64,000 nucleotides of DNA from Spirochaetia bacterium. GTDB taxonomy: Bacteria > Spirochaetota > Spirochaetia > DSM-2461. The stretch's first letter is position 1. The number at the start of each line of letters is the position of its first letter. This document shows positions 58,449 to 64,000 of the stretch, piece by piece. The translations under genes were made by a program, and so were the position numbers. The notes under the pieces were generated by a model that made no database searches, had not been told where the DNA came from, and was given only the letters and a program-made list of their open reading frames with translations. The stretch is from NCBI GenBank assembly GCA_963668315.1, contig OY764216.1, forward strand, positions 2,080,001-2,144,000, given 5' to 3'.

Positions 58449-59720
58449 ATGTGTATAAAGCGAACATCTCTATTTGTACCGTTTTTCTTTGTCTTTATAT
58501 TTTTATCAGCCCAGGAAAAAGCTTCCGTTGCCGTATTGGATACGGCCCTTCTGGACGGGGATATTCCCCGTAATGCCTCGATGGTGGCAGCCACATACCT
58601 GAACGATTCCTTCTCCGCTTCACCCGGGTATGCCCCTTTAGACCGTAGGCTTATCTATACACGCTGGAATAACAGCTCGCCGGGAGATATCAATATTGTC
58701 TCCCTTGTGCAGAGGGGTGAGTATGACAGGCTGGGCGGTCTTCTCGGAGCCGATTTTCTCTGTCTGTCCTCGCTCAAGCGCGACGGGGGCGGATATCTCC
58801 TGACCGCCGAGCTGTACGATATCTCTCAGGGAGGCGTCGTCTCCCGGGAAACCGCCCGCGCCGGACGTCTGGAAGAGCTTCTCAATGCGGGCCGACTGGC
58901 GGGAGCGAAACTCTCCGGAGCTTCTCCGGCGGCGCTTCCCGAACCGGCTCCTCCCCTGACGGCCGCCGTTCCCGCTCAGGCTCCCCCGGCGGGTGCGGCC
59001 TCTCCCGTGAAGGAAAAGGTGGCCGCCGAAACTCCGGCGGAAGATCCGCCGGCTCAGAATGCTTCAAATTCATTCGGTGAACAGGAACAGGGTTCAGATG
59101 CGCCCGAAAAGCCTTCCTCCGGACGGGCGGAACCCTTCGGCTCCCTGACGCTGAGCCTTCTCCTGCCGACCTTCGTGGGCAATGAGGAGTTTACCGTATC
59201 CTATGACGGTTGGGTCACCTACGAACAAACCCCCCTTTACGATCTTGGTTTCGGCGATGATCTGAATCTGGGAATGGACTTTAATTTACGATTTACCGGA
59301 ACATCCTATTTCTGCCTGGATCTGGGATTCTCCTTGGCCTCCCAGCTTCTTACCTACGAAACCTATGACTACTATTACGGTTACGAAGAGACCACTTCCA
59401 TGAGTTTCGGCCTTTTTGACTTCTACCTGGGCCTGGGGGCTGTCCTGCCTCTGACGGAGAACCTGCAGTTGGCCGGAGTGGGAACCATAGGATACGGAGT
59501 CCTTTTTCTGGGCGCCGATGTCTGGGATTCGGCAACCATTTCCAGTTTTGACGGATCGACGGGAGTCACTATGGGGATCACGGCGGGAATCGATTTCAAG
59601 ACGGCTTCCGGTCTTGTCCTGACGCTACGGTATCGATACTCCTATGCCCCCGAGCTTGATCCATTGGGGACGGATTTCGGATACCACGGTGTTCTGCTGG
59701 GATTAGGGACAGTCCTGTAA
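58449..59720 (+). CDS. Secreted protein: CsgG/TolB-N-like domain, Pro/Ala linker, beta-barrel-like C-domain
   Basis: Signal peptide; SVAVLD, LGGLLGADF, LTAELYDISQG; PEPAPP linker; Gly/aromatic strands. Confidence 0.65.
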   Translation: MCIKRTSLFVPFFFVFIFLSAQEKASVAVLDTALLDGDIPRNASMVAATYLNDSFSASPGYAPLDRRLIYTRWNNSSPGDINIVSLVQRGEYDRLGGLLGADFLCLSSLKRDGGGYLLTAELYDISQGGVVSRETARAGRLEELLNAGRLAGAKLSGASPAALPEPAPPLTAAVPAQAPPAGAASPVKEKVAAETPAEDPPAQNASNSFGEQEQGSDAPEKPSSGRAEPFGSLTLSLLLPTFVGNEEFTVSYDGWVTYEQTPLYDLGFGDDLNLGMDFNLRFTGTSYFCLDLGFSLASQLLTYETYDYYYGYEETTSMSFGLFDFYLGLGAVLPLTENLQLAGVGTIGYGVLFLGADVWDSATISSFDGSTGVTMGITAGIDFKTASGLVLTLRYRYSYAPELDPLGTDFGYHGVLLGLGTVL

Positions 59721-59808
59721 GGAGGGGGAAGATTTTTTACGGGAAAAACTTGAAAATCCCTTTGGTATCATTAATAATTATATTACCCCCAGGAGGGAGG
59801 AAGAGTAA

Positions 59809-60213
59809 ATGCGTTTGCTTCTGGTTGATGATGATTTTGTTTCCCGTAAATTGCTGGTCACGATTTTAACTCCCTATGCCGATTGCGATATCGCCGTTTC
59901 GGGCGACGAGGCTGTACTGGCCTACAAGCTCTCCCATAAGGAGAAAAGGCCCTATGATGGAATCTTTCTCGATGTGATGATGCCCGGAAGTGACGGATAT
60001 TCCGCGTTGGAAGGAATAAGAGAGTGGGAGAGAAATAGAAGCATTCCTTCTGAAAGGCAGGTGAAAATTATTATGGCCACTTCGGTGGACGAGCCTAAAA
60101 TGATGATGAAGGCTTTTCACAACCAATGCGACTCCTATGTGGTAAAACCCCTGGTGGAAGCCAAAATCCTTTCTGCTGCAGAGAAGGCCGGACTGTTTCT
60201 CTTCAAGAAATGA
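59809..60213 (+). CDS. Single-domain CheY-like response regulator
   Basis: LVDDD, FLDVMMP, MATS, YVVKP. Confidence 0.9.
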   Translation: MRLLLVDDDFVSRKLLVTILTPYADCDIAVSGDEAVLAYKLSHKEKRPYDGIFLDVMMPGSDGYSALEGIREWERNRSIPSERQVKIIMATSVDEPKMMMKAFHNQCDSYVVKPLVEAKILSAAEKAGLFLFKK

Positions 60214-60304
60214 AAATAATAATAAAAAACAATATATCTCTCTCCTGAAAAGAATTAAAAATTACATCATCCGCTGATAAAACCCCCTTTCTTATTCTGA
60301 AATT

Positions 60305-60333
60305 TTGATTTTTCTCCTTTCATAGCCTAAAAT
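60305..60333 (+). promoter_or_regulatory. Putative sigma70 promoter of cheA
   Basis: TTGATT-N17-TAAAAT. Confidence 0.45.
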
Positions 60334-60365
60334 TACCATATGAAGCTGTGGTGAGGGCGAATGTC

Positions 60366-62588
60366 ATGAAAGAAGAGATCATCGAACGATTACAGTGTTT
60401 TAAAAATGGCGATCTTATAGAGAGAATGGAGCTTATCGAGATCATGGATGAGCACCTGGATAAACTTATCGCCACGAAAAAGAACTCATCTCCCTTCTTC
60501 CGTAAAATGAAGAATTATATGGATCAGCTCTCATTCACAGAACCCATTGATGATTTTTTCCATCAGCTGGGCGATTTTTACGACAAGCTCTATCATGGTG
60601 GAATGGACGGGGAGGAGAGACGAATCGCCGTGGTGGATACCATGGAGAACCTTATATCCCTGGTTAAGGGAAGAAAAATCGAAAAATCTCCCGCCCGGCA
60701 TGACACAAAGAAGAAACCCGAGCCCGAAAAGGAGTTTACCGAAGCCGATGAAGAGGCCTTCGACTACGGAAGCATTGTCATGGAGTCCTCCATGGTGGGA
60801 ACCTATATCGAAGAGGTGGGGGAATTCCTCGACTCCGCCCAGGCGGCTCTTATCGATCTGGAACACGACGAGAGTAATCAGGAAACCATCAATCAGGTAT
60901 TCCGGTGTTTTCATACGGTCAAAAGTTCTTCCGCCCTTCTCGGGTATAAAAATGTGGAAGTCCTGTCTCATCATATGGAAAACATGCTGGGTAAGGTCCG
61001 GGACAGGGAAATCAGTGTCAACTCCGAACTTGTGGATATCATCTTTCACGGTGTCGGTATTATCAGGGATCTGGTGAAGATAATCGAGACCTGTCAGGAT
61101 AATAAGGATTGTCTTATTAAGAATTTCCAGTCATACAAATTAACTTCCTATATAAGGCTGATAGAAAGAATTACCCGGGAATACAAAAATAAAAAGGTCG
61201 GTGAGATTCTGAAGGATATGGGTTCCCTTTCCGATCAGGCTCTCGAGAAGATTCTGAAAAGGCAGGAGCAGGAAGAGGACGCCGTTTTCGGGCAGATTGC
61301 TCTGGAGGAGAAAGCGGTCAGAGAGGAGGACCTTAACAAAGCTCTGCAGGAGCAGTCGCGTAGCCGCACCAAACAGAGCTTCGTCAGGGTCAGTTCCGAT
61401 CGGCTCAACAGCCTTGTCGACATGGTGGGGGAGCTGGTGGTCAATCAGTCCATGATCAGGCAGCATCTGAGTCACGGGCGGGGGGAGAGTCTTTCCGAGC
61501 AGGATATAAAGCAGCTGGAGGGGGTCACCACTTCCATCAAGGATCTGGTCCTTTCCATGGGCATGGTTCCCCTGGGAGAGATGTTCCATAAGCTGCGGGT
61601 GGTGGTCAGAAATACTTCGCGCGACCTGAACAAAGTCGTCTCCTTTGAAACCCGGGGAGAGGATACCGAGATGGACAGAAGTCTGGTGGAATCGGTTTAC
61701 GACCCCCTTGTCCATATGGTAAGGAACGCGGTCAGCCACGGTATCGAGAGTCCCGATGAGAGGGCCGCCGCCGGAAAAGCGAAAGTGGGGCAGGTGGAAA
61801 TCTCCGCCGAGTATCGGGGGAACGGGGTGGAAATCACCCTGAAGGATGACGGCCGGGGGATTGATCCGGAGAAAATCGTGGACAAGGCTATTGCCCTGGG
61901 ATGGGTGGAGCCTTCCCGGAGAGCCGCCTGCATTAAGGACGAAGCCTTTGTCTACTCCCTCATCTACAAACCCGGTTTTTCCACGAAGGACAAGGCGGAC
62001 AGTATATCCGGCCGTGGTGTGGGTATGGATGTGGTCATGCAGAACATCGACAGAATCAACGGGAAGGTGGAGATTCAATCCAAGGTGGGAGAGGGATCGG
62101 TATTCAAAATCAAGCTCCCCCTGACCCTGGCCATTATCGACGGATTCGTGACGAGGATAATGGACGAATCCTATGTCATCCCCTTTGAAGCGGTGGAAGA
62201 GATCCTGGTGGATAAGGAACTCAGGCTGATCCCCACCGAGGGGGATGAACCGATGGGTGAGTCGAGGGGGAAGTATTTTCCCGTAGTCGATTTTCACCAG
62301 CTTCTCACGGGAGAGAAGGGCCGTTACGAAGGGAAGACCCTTTATTTGCTGATAAATTACGACAATACCCAGTTTGCCATACCGGTCAATGCCGTTCTCG
62401 GCAAGCAGGAGATTGTCATTAAGAATCTGAACGAACTGACCCGGAGGCAGAAACTCTTTTACGGGGGAACGATTTTCGGGGACGGTTCCATCGGATTTAT
62501 TCTGGATATCGAAGAGATCATTGACAGGTTTAACCGGATCGGCGGAAAGAAGCCGTTCGTAGATGATCGGGAGGTTAATAATGAATAG
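60366..62588 (+). CDS. cheA: Chemotaxis histidine kinase CheA
   Basis: Hpt [55 protein letters not shown]-terminal CheW domain. Confidence 0.95.
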   Translation: MKEEIIERLQCFKNGDLIERMELIEIMDEHLDKLIATKKNSSPFFRKMKNYMDQLSFTEPIDDFFHQLGDFYDKLYHGGMDGEERRIAVVDTMENLISLVKGRKIEKSPARHDTKKKPEPEKEFTEADEEAFDYGSIVMESSMVGTYIEEVGEFLDSAQAALIDLEHDESNQETINQVFRCFHTVKSSSALLGYKNVEVLSHHMENMLGKVRDREISVNSELVDIIFHGVGIIRDLVKIIETCQDNKDCLIKNFQSYKLTSYIRLIERITREYKNKKVGEILKDMGSLSDQALEKILKRQEQEEDAVFGQIALEEKAVREEDLNKALQEQSRSRTKQSFVRVSSDRLNSLVDMVGELVVNQSMIRQHLSHGRGESLSEQDIKQLEGVTTSIKDLVLSMGMVPLGEMFHKLRVVVRNTSRDLNKVVSFETRGEDTEMDRSLVESVYDPLVHMVRNAVSHGIESPDERAAAGKAKVGQVEISAEYRGNGVEITLKDDGRGIDPEKIVDKAIALGWVEPSRRAACIKDEAFVYSLIYKPGFSTKDKADSISGRGVGMDVVMQNIDRINGKVEIQSKVGEGSVFKIKLPLTLAIIDGFVTRIMDESYVIPFEAVEEILVDKELRLIPTEGDEPMGESRGKYFPVVDFHQLLTGEKGRYEGKTLYLLINYDNTQFAIPVNAVLGKQEIVIKNLNELTRRQKLFYGGTIFGDGSIGFILDIEEIIDRFNRIGGKKPFVDDREVNNE

Positions 62589-64000
62589 CAGAAGGAAATT
62601 GAGTCTGGCCCTCAGGATTATAGGCATAACGCTTATACTTCTTGTCCTTATTTTCACCATGCTGACCTATCTTGTGTCAACGAAAATTAAAGAGGGTGTT
62701 TTTGAGCTGCAGGCGCAGAATGTCCTCCGTTCCGCCAGGGAGGTAAGCGCGTCTCTTGACGAGATCGTCGGCGGGCTCTCCCGCAGGCTTTATCTTTTCT
62801 CCGGTACCAAGAGGATGATCGACAGTATTGAAAACCGCAACAGGGAGGCCATGGCTTCCATCTGCCGGGATTCCTTTGAATCGGAAGACTATTTTGACAA
62901 TATAACCATAATCGACGGCAGGGGAAAAGTCCTCATGAGCTACCCTGACGAGGGCCTTATAGGAAGGGACCTTGAGGGAGAGGATTCCTTCCGGAAAGCC
63001 CGGGAGGTGGAGAAGGGTAGTTATGTCTCCGGCAGGGGAAAAATATCGCCCTTTACCGGCGAGCCGGTATTCTATATAAGCACGGCCATATGGGACGGAA
63101 ATGTTTTCCTGGGCGTTTATCTGGCCTCTATCAATCTGAACAAGTTTTCCGAGATGCATATCAAGCCCCAGAAGTACGGGAGCACAGGCTATGCCTATCT
63201 GATGGACGACAAGGGAATCGTTCTGGGACATCCGACTCTTTCTCTGGTGGAATCCAGTCTCTGGGACTACGATTTCACCAAGGAGATCATCCAGTCGGCC
63301 GACAGGGAAGGGCAGGTTCACTACGAATGGTCCGACGGCTGGAAATACGCTTTCTATTCCAAAATGGACAGTGTGCCCTGGATCGTCGCCGCCTCTATTT
63401 ATGATGACGATCTTCTGGCTCTGTCCCGTCTCCTTCAGCAGAATATCATTATCATATCCCTGGTCTCCCTCGTCGTCATGGGAGTTATCCTGATGCTTTC
63501 GGTCTATTTCTTCGTGGGACGCCCCATCAGCCGGATCAGCATGCGTATCTCCGACGGTTCGGAACAGCTGGAATCGGCCTCCTACCAGATCTCATCGTCG
63601 AGTCAGCAGCAGGCCTCTTTTGCCACGGAACTGGCTTCCAGTGTGGAGGAGATCTCCTCAAGCATCGAAGAGCTTCAGTCCGTGGTGGAAATGAATACGA
63701 AAAATATCAACCAGAGCGAACTGATGATGCGCGATACGAATGACGGGGCCAAACAGGTCAGCGGCCAGATGGAGGAGCTGAAGGAAGCCCTTCTGGAGAT
63801 CAATGAGAACAGCCAGCAGATAGTGAAGATCATCAAGGTGATCGAGGATATCGCTTTCCAGACGAATATCCTGGCCCTGAATGCCGCGGTGGAAGCCGCC
63901 CGGGCGGGGGATGCGGGAAGAGGATTCGCCGTGGTGGCCGATCAGGTGAAGGATCTGGCCCAGAAGAGCGCCGGTGCCGCCAGCGAGACGGCCATGCTTA
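62581..64000 (+). CDS. Methyl-accepting chemotaxis protein with Cache-type sensor (runs off window)
   Basis: My translation from ATG 62581: TM1, [16 protein letters not shown]ache region, TM2, [30 protein letters not shown]. Confidence 0.93.
   Translation, partial: MNSRRKLSLALRIIGITLILLVLIFTMLTYLVSTKIKEGVFELQAQNVLRSAREVSASLDEIVGGLSRRLYLFSGTKRMIDSIENRNREAMASICRDSFESEDYFDNITIIDGRGKVLMSYPDEGLIGRDLEGEDSFRKAREVEKGSYVSGRGKISPFTGEPVFYISTAIWDGNVFLGVYLASINLNKFSEMHIKPQKYGSTGYAYLMDDKGIVLGHPTLSLVESSLWDYDFTKEIIQSADREGQVHYEWSDGWKYAFYSKMDSVPWIVAASIYDDDLLALSRLLQQNIIIISLVSLVVMGVILMLSVYFFVGRPISRISMRISDGSEQLESASYQISSSSQQQASFATELASSVEEISSSIEELQSVVEMNTKNINQSELMMRDTNDGAKQVSGQMEELKEALLEINENSQQIVKIIKVIEDIAFQTNILALNAAVEAARAGDAGRGFAVVADQVKDLAQKSAGAASETAML

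Noticed and set aside
58343..58594. N-terminal part of the 146-aa ORF 58154-58594
   Set aside because: It overlaps the divergent gene and the promoter; only the SD-preceded 62-aa portion is credible.
60256..60280. Sigma28 promoter TAAA...GCTGATAA upstream of cheA
   Set aside because: The spacer is 13 nt rather than about 15, and a sigma70-like match lies closer to the gene.

Overview
A 64-kb chromosomal window, most likely from a Spirochaetaceae-type spirochaete (inferred from the E-DUF2764-A-B-D-I-K V-ATPase operon, the HLGN/KFSKS MetRS and the signal-peptide style). It is mostly housekeeping and metabolic: metG, FemAB-like transferase, murI, rsgA, a V-type ATPase with Na+-type K-subunit motifs, a GNAT/Nudix/methyltransferase cluster, an AraC-linked sugar ABC transporter, lysA-dapF, queG, deoC, metH, ilvN-ilvB and the start of a cheY-cheA-MCP cluster. 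I saw no rRNA, tRNA, CRISPR array, transposase or integrase. Main observations: (1) a solitary AT-rich integron-type gene cassette (transglutaminase-like lipoprotein plus a canonically spaced attC) inserted at a G|AT non-canonical site, inside a degenerate inverted-repeat pair; (2) an unannotated 62-aa Val/Leu/Ile-rich leader peptide upstream of ilvN-ilvB; (3) a candidate ~110-nt sRNA with anti-Shine-Dalgarno motifs; (4) a His-less pseudo-kinase + NarL regulator + 7TM kinase module facing an outer-membrane protein gene; (5) a CheA with a MshEN-like insert; (6) several apparently leaderless genes. All calls come from reading the sequence; no database searches were run.
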